DNA from: Candidatus Latescibacterota bacterium
Lineage (GTDB): Bacteria; Latescibacterota; UBA2968
NCBI GenBank assembly: GCA_965116885.1
Contig: OZ220741.1
Span: 4,000,001 to 4,064,000, forward strand
Reading direction: 5' to 3'
DNA: 64,000 nucleotides
Positions 26,648 to 36,499 of this stretch are shown piece by piece; position 1 is the stretch's first letter, and each line of letters starts with the position of its first letter. A model generated the notes under the pieces. It was not told the DNA's origin. It did not search any database and saw nothing but the letters and a program-made list of their open reading frames with translations. The position numbers and the translations under genes are program-made.

Positions 26648-26965
26648 ATGCAAATTCTCATTTCTGGACGGCATTACCATGTTTCGGACAGCACGCGTAC
26701 CCATATTAAAGCTGCTGTCTCTCGGTTTGAGCGATTTTACACGCCAGTACTGGGTTGTCATATCACCATTACAAAAGAGGAGCCTGCATTTCGCGTTGAT
26801 ATTATTGTCAATGTGCATGGTCAAACCCTCAAAGCTTCCAACACTGGTAGTAAACTCTTTCCCGTTATTGATGGTTCGGCAAAGAAGATGATTCGACAAT
26901 TAAAGAAACTTCGCGACCGACGTCGAAAACCTCGCGTTATTTCTGAACCTAAGATTGAGGCATAA
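26648..26965 (+). CDS. hpf: Ribosome hibernation promoting factor (HPF/RaiA)
   Basis: MQILISGRHYHVS...IDGSAKKMIRQLKK; upstream of hprK; GAGGAG RBS. Confidence 0.85.
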   Translation: MQILISGRHYHVSDSTRTHIKAAVSRFERFYTPVLGCHITITKEEPAFRVDIIVNVHGQTLKASNTGSKLFPVIDGSAKKMIRQLKKLRDRRRKPRVISEPKIEA

Positions 26966-26968
26966 GCC

Positions 26969-27937
26969 GTGCCACAAATTTCTATTGGCAAGATGTTAGA
27001 GGATTATGGCGACCAACTCGCGCTATCGTCCATAGCTGGGGAGAGGGGTATTAGCAATACACTATCTACCAGCGATGTCCATCGGCCTGGTCTCGCACTT
27101 GCGGGTTTCCTCGGTCTTTTTACTTTTGACCGTGTTCAGGTTATGGGCAATACGGAGATGCTCTATCTGTCGAGCCTGAATCCCGATGTTTGTCGCCACA
27201 CTCTTGAAACCATTTTTCAGTTTGATATTCCCTGTATGGTTATTACAGACGGCAATGAAGTGCTGCCCGTGATGGCCGAATTGTCCAACGCGCGGCAAAT
27301 TCCCCTGCTGACCACGCCGTTTGCAACGACCAAGTTCGCCCACCTTTTTTCTCATTATCTCGACGATGTGTTTGCACCGCGAACGGCCATCCACGGTTCT
27401 CTGGTTGATGTGTATGGCATTGGGCTGTTATTTGTCGGTGCAAGTGGGATTGGAAAAAGTGAAATTGCCGTTGATCTCGTTGAACGCGGGCATCGATTGG
27501 TCGCGGATGATGTCGTACTCGTGTCGCGCAAGTTACAAGGCATAATCGTAGGCAGCAGCGGGGAAACACTGCGCGATCATATAGAAATACGCGGTCTGGG
27601 CATTTTGAATGTCCGCAATATGTTTGGTGTGCGTGCCGTTCGCCTGCAAAAGCGCATTGAGGTTGTTGTCAAGCTTATTAAATGGGATGAGACCGCGGCG
27701 TATGATCGCATTGGACTCGATGAAGATTGGATCTCGATTCTCGACCTCGAAGTGCCACAGGTTACAGTGCCGATCTATCCAGGGAAAAATATTACGGTGA
27801 TTGCTGAGACGATTGCTCTGAATTATCAACTCAAAATACAGGGCTATCACACGGCACAAGAATTCAATCGTCGCCTTGTTGAGCGCATGAAAAACAAAAT
27901 TCGGGACGATATGTCTATTCGCGCGGATATCGAGTAA
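26969..27937 (+). CDS. hprK: HPr(Ser) kinase/phosphorylase
   Basis: RPGLALAG, HGSLVDVYGIG, GASGIGKSE, RGHRLVADD, EIRGLGI, PGKN. Confidence 0.97.
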   Translation: MPQISIGKMLEDYGDQLALSSIAGERGISNTLSTSDVHRPGLALAGFLGLFTFDRVQVMGNTEMLYLSSLNPDVCRHTLETIFQFDIPCMVITDGNEVLPVMAELSNARQIPLLTTPFATTKFAHLFSHYLDDVFAPRTAIHGSLVDVYGIGLLFVGASGIGKSEIAVDLVERGHRLVADDVVLVSRKLQGIIVGSSGETLRDHIEIRGLGILNVRNMFGVRAVRLQKRIEVVVKLIKWDETAAYDRIGLDEDWISILDLEVPQVTVPIYPGKNITVIAETIALNYQLKIQGYHTAQEFNRRLVERMKNKIRDDMSIRADIE

Positions 27938-27952
27938 TTTATGGAGGTATAA

Positions 27953-28879
27953 ATGAAATTTAAATGTGTTGTCCTATTGTTGTTTGGACTTATTGGGTGT
28001 GGGGGACAAAGTGCTTTGGAAAGCGATGCCCAGCGCATGCTGGCTTCTGTTCGGGATCTGGAAGAAGAATTGGATGATTTGCCGCAGGCGATTGCGCGGT
28101 ATGGAGAAGTTTCGGCGCAATTCCCACATACTGAAGCGGAAAAAACTGCGCGGGCGCGGCGGGCAATACTCGAGCAGGTACAGACGCGCCTGACGAATCT
28201 CGAAGCTGTTCCGAAAGATAGTATAGAGGTATTTTACGAGGCTGTGGTCGAGATTGCGCCCGATTATTTTGCCACGTTGAAGAAGCTCGGCACCAATTAC
28301 AGTAACCAGATACACTTTACCACGCGTTTTGCTGCCAATACAGGGGCAGTACAGATAAAAGAACAGGCTATAGGAATATGGGAGAAACAGGATCGCTTGT
28401 GGTCGCGCTACACCTTTCGCCCAATCCCATCAAATCGTTTCTGGCAGGATCAGTTGTGCAAGGACGCACTGAATATTACGGAAATGTTAATTGCCAGGCC
28501 CTTTCGCGATTACAACCGCGCACTGGATATCATCAATAAGGGATTGGATTATGCTTCGGGCGAGGATGTGATTTCACGAGCCAAAGTCTATGCTGCCTAT
28601 TGTACGTTTTGGCAGGGCAAAGCAGAAGATTTTGAACAGGGTGTCGCATTGGCAAAAGAGGCTTTGAACTATGAATTTTTGTCGGATAATAACCGCGCGC
28701 GTGCCTATCATGTTATTGGCCTGTGTTATGCGTATATCTATCAGGACTCAGAGGACAGGGCGCATCTCGATGAGGCGATAAAAGCGCTCAATGAAGCCGT
28801 GAATATCGATGGGAATATGGGCGAAGCCAAACAATTACTCAAAGCATTGCGACTACAGAGAGGGAGGATAGCGTCTTAA
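27953..28879 (+). CDS. TPR-like lipoprotein
   Basis: Lipobox LIGC; helical TPR-like repeats (ARAYHVIGLCY, AIKALNEAVNID). Confidence 0.7.
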   Translation: MKFKCVVLLLFGLIGCGGQSALESDAQRMLASVRDLEEELDDLPQAIARYGEVSAQFPHTEAEKTARARRAILEQVQTRLTNLEAVPKDSIEVFYEAVVEIAPDYFATLKKLGTNYSNQIHFTTRFAANTGAVQIKEQAIGIWEKQDRLWSRYTFRPIPSNRFWQDQLCKDALNITEMLIARPFRDYNRALDIINKGLDYASGEDVISRAKVYAAYCTFWQGKAEDFEQGVALAKEALNYEFLSDNNRARAYHVIGLCYAYIYQDSEDRAHLDEAIKALNEAVNIDGNMGEAKQLLKALRLQRGRIAS

Positions 28880-28882
28880 GGT

Positions 28883-30190
28883 ATGAAAAGAATTGTTTGT
28901 AAATTTGGTGGTTCATCGGTTGCCGATGCCGCACAGGTCGGGAAGGTAGTGTCTATTGTACGGAGCGATGAACACCGTTGTTTTGTCGTGCCTTCGGCGC
29001 CGGGTAAGCGGTCTGACGATGATACAAAAATTACTGATTTGCTCTATTTGTGTCACGAACTCGCGCGGCAAAATATCGATTTCTCGGAGCCTTTTAACAA
29101 AATTAGTACGCGATTTCTGGATCTCTCAAAGGCCCTTGGTGTGTCGATTGATATGGAGAGATTGTTAGCTGAGGTCGAGGGAAAAATTGCGGGCGGTGCG
29201 GGGCGAGATTACGTGGCGTCGCGGGGCGAGTATTTGTGCGGGCGTATGCTATCCGATATTTTGGGTGCAGCGTTTGTCGATCCCGCCGAGGCGATTCTCT
29301 TTCGGTCTGATGGGCGGCTCGACAGCGATTCATATCGGCGATTGCGGTCGCATCTATCAGATGAACGACTCTATGTCATTCCGGGATTTTACGGTGCGGA
29401 TGCAGAGGGTGAGATCGTGACATTTTCTCGCGGTGGTTCAGATATTACCGGCGCGATTGTCGCTCGCGCAGTTGAAGCAGAAGTGTACGAAAACTGGACG
29501 GATGTATCGGGATTGCTCATGGCCGATCCCCGCCTGGTGCCCGATCCATTGCCCGTAGAAGAAATTACGTATCGCGAGATGCGCGAGTTGGCTTATATGG
29601 GGGCCGATGTTTTACACGACGAGGCGATGTTTCCGGTGCGTACGGCCGAAATTCCCATTCACATACGCAATACCAATCGGCCAGAGGATGCGGGTACGCT
29701 GATTTTGCCGAGCCGAGAGCTTACAGAGCGCATGATCGCCGGGGTAGCGGGGCGTCCCAATTTTAGCATGTTGTTTATTGAAAAAGACCTGATGAATCAG
29801 ACGACGGGGTTTGGACAACGGGTTCTGGAGGTGGTTGCTCGGCACGGGATCAGTTATGACCACACGCCGTCTGGCATCGATACAATGTCGGTGATCATAC
29901 AGGACGAACAATTGGATGGCAAGGGCGAACTTCTCGTCGAAGACATTCAACGCATTATTGAGCCTGATCGCATCGAACTGATCCAGGGTCTTGCGCTGAT
30001 TGCGACGGTTGGCGAGGGGATGTCGCACAGGGTTGGCATTGCTGCGCGTCTGTTTACTGCGCTGGCAGATGCAGGTGTGAATGTGCGAGTGATCGATCAG
30101 GGGGCTTCAGAGATCAATATTATTGTGGGGGTCGAAGAAGCCGATCTCGAGACAGCACTGGTCGCTATTTATCGCGCTTTTGTCAATTAG
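28883..30190 (+). CDS. lysC: Aspartate kinase
   Basis: KFGGSSVA, VPSAPGKR, SRGE, FSRGGSDITG, NWTDVSG, two ACT domains. Confidence 0.93.
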   Translation: MKRIVCKFGGSSVADAAQVGKVVSIVRSDEHRCFVVPSAPGKRSDDDTKITDLLYLCHELARQNIDFSEPFNKISTRFLDLSKALGVSIDMERLLAEVEGKIAGGAGRDYVASRGEYLCGRMLSDILGAAFVDPAEAILFRSDGRLDSDSYRRLRSHLSDERLYVIPGFYGADAEGEIVTFSRGGSDITGAIVARAVEAEVYENWTDVSGLLMADPRLVPDPLPVEEITYREMRELAYMGADVLHDEAMFPVRTAEIPIHIRNTNRPEDAGTLILPSRELTERMIAGVAGRPNFSMLFIEKDLMNQTTGFGQRVLEVVARHGISYDHTPSGIDTMSVIIQDEQLDGKGELLVEDIQRIIEPDRIELIQGLALIATVGEGMSHRVGIAARLFTALADAGVNVRVIDQGASEINIIVGVEEADLETALVAIYRAFVN

Positions 30191-30213
30191 AGAGAAAGAC
30201 AGGGGAGGGATTT

Positions 30214-31263
30214 ATGAAAATTCTCGTGACGGGATCACACGGAAGGGTAGGAGGCAATCTGGTCAGACGTTTGCTCGCTAAAGGACACGACATACGCGGC
30301 TTTGTCTATCCCGGCGATGCCAGCCGCGCGGATAAATGGGAAGGCATTGATGAAGTCGAGGTCGTAGAAGGCGACTTGCGCGATTGCGATGCCGTATCTC
30401 GCGCGGTTGAGGGTGTGGATGCCGTATATCATCTGGCAGCGGCTTTTGCAAGCCCGCATAGCCATATCGAATATTTGCAGATCAATGGGCTGGGCACACT
30501 TCATTTGCTCGAAGCGGTGCGAGAGAAAGTCCCCAATTTGCAGCGTTTTGTCTATGCTTGTACAGAAGCGATATACTGGAAGGTTGAAGAGGCTGGGCGT
30601 TTGTTTGAGAAGCCAATTTCCGAAGATATGGTCAGTGCGACTAAAGCGATGCCGTATTTTTTGACCAAGTGGATCGGCGAAGAACTGGTGATGAATTACC
30701 ATGTTCAATACGGCGTTCCGAGCGTTGTGTGTCGGTTTGCCACCATTTTTGAGCCGAGCGAATTTTTGACTGAAGACGGCGTTCCCAAATTTTGTCCCCT
30801 CAGACCTCTGCTCGAACGATTGCGACGTCAGAAAAACCCCACGGATGAACAGAGGGCGCAGCTCGCGTCTATGGAAAAAGCATGGGCAGATGGCGCGCGG
30901 GTTCTGGTTAGCAGGTGCCCCGATGGCAGGAGTTTTAAGCAGGAGTGGGCAGATGTGCGGGATATCGCCCTGGGCCTTTCTCTGAGTTTGGAGCGCGATG
31001 AAGCCGTGGGCGAGGCATTTACCCTTGGTGGAATGCTCATCGTGTGGGAAGACGATGTTCCAAAAGTTGCCGATTATCTCGGCGTAGGCTATACAGAAGC
31101 GACCATGCCTGCGCCGAATTTTTTTGAATTTGATCGGACAAAAACCCAAAATCTGCTCGGATATCACGCCGAGCACGACTTGTGGAGCACGCTGAATACG
31201 GCTCTGGCGATGCAAGAGGGCAAGGAGACAGATGTTGTTCCCACAGGTGTGCGATACGGATAA
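30214..31263 (+). CDS. NAD-dependent epimerase/dehydratase family protein
   Basis: ILVTGSHGRVG, VYHLAA, YFLTK (YxxxK), DVRD. Confidence 0.9.
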   Translation: MKILVTGSHGRVGGNLVRRLLAKGHDIRGFVYPGDASRADKWEGIDEVEVVEGDLRDCDAVSRAVEGVDAVYHLAAAFASPHSHIEYLQINGLGTLHLLEAVREKVPNLQRFVYACTEAIYWKVEEAGRLFEKPISEDMVSATKAMPYFLTKWIGEELVMNYHVQYGVPSVVCRFATIFEPSEFLTEDGVPKFCPLRPLLERLRRQKNPTDEQRAQLASMEKAWADGARVLVSRCPDGRSFKQEWADVRDIALGLSLSLERDEAVGEAFTLGGMLIVWEDDVPKVADYLGVGYTEATMPAPNFFEFDRTKTQNLLGYHAEHDLWSTLNTALAMQEGKETDVVPTGVRYG

Positions 31264-31280
31264 AATCCCGCGGAGACCTT

Positions 31281-34200
31281 ATGGCTTTTTGGCACAGGTA
31301 TATTCCAATTCTGGTATGCGCGGTATTGTTTTTCGGCGTGGGCGAGGCTCAATCTGTTGAAAATGTTACTGGCACAGTGACCGACGCAGCAAGTGGAGAA
31401 AAGTTGGAAGCGGTGCAGATCTATATTCCGGCGCTGAAACTGGGCGCAGTGTCGGATGAGCAAGGCCGCTTTACTATCGACAATGTGCCGGTTGGCACGT
31501 ATGAACTGAAGGCTGATCTGATCGGTTATACGAGTGTGACAGCGGTTATGGAAGTGATGGCTGGACAGACTACGACGGTTGCTTTGCAGATGGCGTTGTC
31601 CGCGCTTTATCTGGATGAAGTGGTGGTGACGGGTACGGCGTTTGAGGAATCGCCCATCAGTTTGACCTATGCGGTCGCCGTGGTCGGGCGGGAAAAGATG
31701 GCGGAACAGGGTTCCCCGCAGGCGGTTGATTTCTTCAAGAATCTGGGCGCGAGTCACGGCGTGATCGGCGAGCGAAACAGTTGGTACAATGCCGGTCAAG
31801 CCGCCACGCTTCCAGAGAACATCGCCAATGTGAACCTGCGCGGCCTGGGGGCTTCGCGCACCCTGGTGTTGTTCAATGGCCAGCGTCAGGTCTATGTGCC
31901 AGCGCGCTTGATTGGGGGGCGCTTCGTAGATGTAAATGCGATGCCTTCGATCGCCATTGACCGCATCGAGGTGCTCAAGGAAGGCGCGGGGGCGATCTAC
32001 GGATCGGATGCTGTGGCTGGCGTTGCTAATTTTTTGACGCGCGCGGATTTTGAGGGCTTTGAGGTCTCGGCTGCCCACAATTATTTCGCAGGCGCTGGCG
32101 ATACGAATGTGAGCGCGATATGGGGTAGAAAATTCGGCAATGCCCATGCCGTAATTTCGGCAGAATGGAGCGGTCAGCAGCAGTTGGCGACCGAAGAAAG
32201 AGACTATCTGCTGCTTCCCTGGCACGGTGGGGGGCAGCGCGGGGGATGGTCGGGCATTGGGAATCCCGGCGTCTTCACGCTTGGGGCACCCGCTATCTGG
32301 ACCGCGGATATCCACGACCGCCGCTGTGAGGAATTTGGCGGGGTGGAATTGAGTTGGACGTGCCGCTTCCGCTATCAACCCTGGGACAATCTGATCGATA
32401 AAAAGCAGTATATCCGCGCTTTTGCCGAGATCAACGGTTCTCTGGACAATGGCACGGATTACCACATTGAGGCATTGCTGTCTGAATCCGAGATTCCCGA
32501 TTGGCTCACAACGCCTTCTTATCCGCCCATCCCTCTGTTTCACACGACCATCATGGAAGTCGCGCCCGACCATCCGGGGCGGCGGGCATTTTGTGAGGAT
32601 CAGGGAAACTACGCAGGGAGCGGTTCTTACGATGCGGACAAAGTATCCGAAGCCTGCGCCGATGGGGAGACGAACTGGTATTTTAATGGGCGCACGTTTG
32701 GCAATTCGGGCCCTGGGCGCACACTATCGCGCCAGTCTCGCACCTGGCGCGTGGCCGCTTCTGCAGACCGCGATTTCAAAGCATTTGGTGATCGGGACGC
32801 CAGTTTTGACGTGGGGCTTTCCTATTCTCACACCGCAGGGAACATGAATCTGCCGGGTATCTACAACGAACGCCTGTTCCTCGCCTTTCGAGGTTATGGC
32901 GGGCCGGATTGCGGCGTGGGTGTGATCGCAGATGCTTCGAGTGATGCCAAAATGAGACTCGACCCGAGCACCCTCAGTGGCAAAGTGCCGGGGCAGGACA
33001 ACTGTATGTATTTCAATCCTTTTAACAATGCCATTGAGTATTCCGCCCAACCCGGTGCCTTATACTTAGATCAGCGCAATCCGGAATATCGCCCCGAACT
33101 TGCAAACAGTCCCGAACTGCGGGAATGGCTCGGTGCAGAGGAAGTCAATTTGGAAAGCACCGCGGATATGATAGTTGCGGATGCGACGCTGACTGGGCTG
33201 TGGCGTGAAAATGTCTGGCTCAGCGCGGGGTATGCGCTCGGGTATCAGTTTCGCCAGATCAGCGCGGTTGGCGATCCCAATGACGCAGGCGATGTCACCA
33301 TCAATCCCTGCCCGGTTGCAGGCGATAAGGGATGCACTGAACGCGATAAGTTCGGTCCCTATGTTTTCACGAATGTACATCGGCCTTATGAGGCAGATCA
33401 GACGGTACATCGTTTTTTTGGCGAAATCCCCCTGAGCCTGGGCGAGCGTTTTGACGTGCAATTGGCTGCGAACTACGAGTTCCACGATGTGGCGAGCAGT
33501 TTTGATCCCAAATTTGGATGGCGCTATCAACTCTCGGAATCTCCGACCCATTCCGCGTTTCTACGCGGCTCGGTGCAGACTTCTTTTCGCACGCCATCGC
33601 TAGACGATGTCAATGAAAGCCCACTGACAACACTCGAATGGGTACCACAAACGAGCACGTACCGTGCGGTGGATAGAATTGGTAGCCCCGATCTCAAGCC
33701 CGAACAGGCGTTCACCTATAATGCGGGCCTCGCTTTGAATACAGAGGCTGGCTTTGAAGCAACGTTGGATTACTGGCACTACGATTTCAGCGATGTGATC
33801 GGCGCCATGCCCCACAGCGCGATTGTCAACCTCTATGACGAAGCAGCGACCAGAGATCTGGTGAAGCAATACATCGTATGTCCAGATGGTATTGGCACCG
33901 GTACCTGTACGGCTGCAGAACTCGATCGGGTACGCATTGATCTCGTCAATTGGCCGGGGGTCAAGACTTCGGGTTTTGACGTGTATTTGAGCACCCGGAT
34001 GCAGGCGGGACCGGGACAATTTACAGCCAGCCTGGACGGCACCTATACCCTCGATTACCAGACAAAGGCTCTGATGCTGGACGATTTGGAGATCCAACCC
34101 GAACTGGACGCCGTGGGCTACCTGAACTTCGACAATCCCCTCGTGACGTCTTTGCCCAAATTGAAGAGCCGAATATCTGCGGCTTATTACTATAAGCACT

Positions 34201-34466
34201 ACAGTCTGGTCAGCTACTTGAACTATATTTCGTCTTATGAGGATCGGGCGTCGGAAGATTTATTTCCCATTATAGACGCTTTTGTCACCTGGGACGCCAG
34301 TTTTTTGTGGAATTTGTCCAAAGGCATCAACATCGCCATCTCCGGGCGAAATTTGCTCGATACCAGGCCGCCACTGGTCAATGTGGAACAAGCCTACGAT
34401 GGTTTTACGCACGATCCCAAAGGTCGGCAGTTGAAGTTGGCAGTGACATATCAATTTGGTCATTAA
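31281..34466 (+). CDS. TonB-dependent receptor (paralog 1) with N-terminal carboxypeptidase-regulatory-like domain
   Basis: GTVTDAASGEKL, LDEVVVTG, NLRGLGASRTLVL, RIEVLKEGAGAIYGSDAVAGVANF, LKPEQA. Confidence 0.93.
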   Translation: MAFWHRYIPILVCAVLFFGVGEAQSVENVTGTVTDAASGEKLEAVQIYIPALKLGAVSDEQGRFTIDNVPVGTYELKADLIGYTSVTAVMEVMAGQTTTVALQMALSALYLDEVVVTGTAFEESPISLTYAVAVVGREKMAEQGSPQAVDFFKNLGASHGVIGERNSWYNAGQAATLPENIANVNLRGLGASRTLVLFNGQRQVYVPARLIGGRFVDVNAMPSIAIDRIEVLKEGAGAIYGSDAVAGVANFLTRADFEGFEVSAAHNYFAGAGDTNVSAIWGRKFGNAHAVISAEWSGQQQLATEERDYLLLPWHGGGQRGGWSGIGNPGVFTLGAPAIWTADIHDRRCEEFGGVELSWTCRFRYQPWDNLIDKKQYIRAFAEINGSLDNGTDYHIEALLSESEIPDWLTTPSYPPIPLFHTTIMEVAPDHPGRRAFCEDQGNYAGSGSYDADKVSEACADGETNWYFNGRTFGNSGPGRTLSRQSRTWRVAASADRDFKAFGDRDASFDVGLSYSHTAGNMNLPGIYNERLFLAFRGYGGPDCGVGVIADASSDAKMRLDPSTLSGKVPGQDNCMYFNPFNNAIEYSAQPGALYLDQRNPEYRPELANSPELREWLGAEEVNLESTADMIVADATLTGLWRENVWLSAGYALGYQFRQISAVGDPNDAGDVTINPCPVAGDKGCTERDKFGPYVFTNVHRPYEADQTVHRFFGEIPLSLGERFDVQLAANYEFHDVASSFDPKFGWRYQLSESPTHSAFLRGSVQTSFRTPSLDDVNESPLTTLEWVPQTSTYRAVDRIGSPDLKPEQAFTYNAGLALNTEAGFEATLDYWHYDFSDVIGAMPHSAIVNLYDEAATRDLVKQYIVCPDGIGTGTCTAAELDRVRIDLVNWPGVKTSGFDVYLSTRMQAGPGQFTASLDGTYTLDYQTKALMLDDLEIQPELDAVGYLNFDNPLVTSLPKLKSRISAAYYYKHYSLVSYLNYISSYEDRASEDLFPIIDAFVTWDASFLWNLSKGINIAISGRNLLDTRPPLVNVEQAYDGFTHDPKGRQLKLAVTYQFGH

Positions 34467-34479
34467 TGAAAGGAATGTT

Positions 34480-36018
34480 TTGCTCACACGTGAAGGACTA
34501 CACGATAGAAAGTATCGCAAGCTATTCGGTTTAGATATATACCTGACGCCAGTGTTTGTGATTTCCAGTATTATCATTATTGCATTTGTCACCGGGGCAC
34601 TTGTTTTTCAGGAAGCAGCGACGGAGGGGTTTAAAAATATCCGCGAGTGGCTCACTGCAAACCTCGATTGGTTTTTTATTCTTTCTGCTAATCTCGTTGT
34701 GCTCTTTTGTCTTTATGTGGCACTATCGCCCCTCGGAAAGGTGCGCCTGGGCGGCGCAGATGCAAAACCCGAATACACCTATTTAACCTATCTTGCCATG
34801 CTTTTTGCGGCTGGCGTGGGCATAGGTTTGCTGTTTTTCGGGGTGGCGGAGCCGGTGTATTACTATCAGAAGCCGCCGCTCGGCATTACTCCCAGGACAG
34901 AGGAGGCCGTTGCCGCGGGGATAGCGGCGACGGTTTTTCATTGGGGGCTACACGGTTGGGCGATCTATGGCGTCGTTGGACTCGCCCTGGGTTATTTCGC
35001 GTACAACCGGGGGTTGCCTCTCACGATTCGCTCGGCATTCTATCCCTTATTTGGTGACCGCATCTGGGGCTGGCCCGGACATATTATTGATACTTTCGCC
35101 ATATTCGCGGGATTGTTTGGGCTTGCGACCTCCCTCGGACTGGGGGTTCAGCAGGTTACTTCCGGATTAAACTATCTGTTTGATATTCCCGCGAACAATA
35201 CCACTATGGTGGTGCTGATTGTGGTGATTACGTCTATTGCACTCATATCGGTGCTGACGGGTATTAATGTCGGTATCAAGCGTTTGAGCCAGTTCAATAT
35301 CATTCTCGCGTTTTTGCTGCTATTGGCTGTTATCTCACTGGGTCCAACGCTCTACATTTTTCGCAGTATCTTCGCTGGTCTCGGCAGTTATTTCACGCAT
35401 ATTGTCCCGCTCAGCAATTGGATTGGGCGTGAGGATGTGACTTTCTTGCGAGACTGGACGGCTTTCTACTGGGCGTGGTGGTTTGCCTGGGCACCATTTG
35501 TAGGCACGTTTATCGCTCGCATTTCAAAAGGGCGCACAGTGCGCGAATTTATATTCTTTGTACTCCTGCTACCCTTGCTTTTATGTCTGCTGTGGTTTGG
35601 CACTTTTGGTGGCGCGGCATTCCACCAGCACATCGTTGAGGGCTATACTGGTGTAACCGAGAATGTCGAGGCGTGGAAACTCGAAATCGCATTATTCAAA
35701 ATGTTTGATAAGCTGCCGATGGCGACACTCCTCTCATCTGCGGCAATGCTTCTGACCGTTGTGTTTTTCGTTACTTCGTCGGACTCTGGATCGTTGATTC
35801 TCGACACTATTGCAGCCGGCGGAAACGTTGATGCGCCAGTCGCACAGCGCGTTTTCTGGTGTACTATTGAAGGTTTAGTCGCAATAGCACTCCTGCTCGG
35901 CGGGGGGCTGAGTGCGTTGCAGGCGGCCTCGCTTGCAACCGGTTTTCCGTTCGCTATTGTGCTATTGGGAATGGCTGTCTGTGTGTGGATGGGGCTTCGC
36001 AGCGAAGTGCGAGAATGA
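34480..36018 (+). CDS. BCCT family (betaine/carnitine/choline) transporter
   Basis: MLFAAGVGIGL, FHWGLHGWAIY, WTAFYWAWWFAWAPFVGTFIARISKGRT, FFVTSSDSG; start approximate. Confidence 0.95.
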   Translation: MLTREGLHDRKYRKLFGLDIYLTPVFVISSIIIIAFVTGALVFQEAATEGFKNIREWLTANLDWFFILSANLVVLFCLYVALSPLGKVRLGGADAKPEYTYLTYLAMLFAAGVGIGLLFFGVAEPVYYYQKPPLGITPRTEEAVAAGIAATVFHWGLHGWAIYGVVGLALGYFAYNRGLPLTIRSAFYPLFGDRIWGWPGHIIDTFAIFAGLFGLATSLGLGVQQVTSGLNYLFDIPANNTTMVVLIVVITSIALISVLTGINVGIKRLSQFNIILAFLLLLAVISLGPTLYIFRSIFAGLGSYFTHIVPLSNWIGREDVTFLRDWTAFYWAWWFAWAPFVGTFIARISKGRTVREFIFFVLLLPLLLCLLWFGTFGGAAFHQHIVEGYTGVTENVEAWKLEIALFKMFDKLPMATLLSSAAMLLTVVFFVTSSDSGSLILDTIAAGGNVDAPVAQRVFWCTIEGLVAIALLLGGGLSALQAASLATGFPFAIVLLGMAVCVWMGLRSEVRE

Positions 36019-36214
36019 GAGTATTAAGCAGTTCAACATCGGCTCAAACACTTTGCCTTTTCGCGTAACATCAGTCAGGTAGTATCCATATATAATTTTC
36101 TGATCATATATGGTCAAAAAATCTAAGATGCCGATTGGATTTTTGTAGGGTATAAAAAATATATCTTCATTAAAAATAATATTTTATGAATAAAATTATT
36201 TATAGAAGTCCATA

Positions 36215-36231
36215 TTGGTATAATTATTGCA
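36215..36231 (+). promoter_or_regulatory. Putative sigma54 (-24/-12) promoter
   Basis: TTGGTATAATTATTGCA = GG-N10-GC in an AT-rich intergenic region. Confidence 0.55.
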
Positions 36232-36499
36232 CATTAATGCAAGCTATCCATCAACACAATCGTGTCTTAAGGGATAATTGCTCTCTTCCCTGATTGTAAA
36301 GAATGTCCTGGACATTTTGCAATCGTTTTCGTCACAACTTGGGTTAGGCAAGAATTTGACATTGAGAGAATTCCAACATATTTTTTATGAATGTAGCCGT
36401 TATATCTCAGCGTCTAATCTGGTAATTTCAAAAAGTCTCTAACCCAAAAAATATTCGAAATATTACGGTACGGTTGAAATCACAAAAGGGGGAGGACCA

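Noticed and set aside
31164..32573. 469-aa minus-strand ORF (and 36428-36976, 37286-38248)
   Set aside because: Antisense shadows of the TonB-dependent receptors with no recognisable motifs
36240..36499. Cobalamin or TPP riboswitch upstream of the TonB receptor
   Set aside because: Conserved B12-box and TPP core motifs were not found by eye
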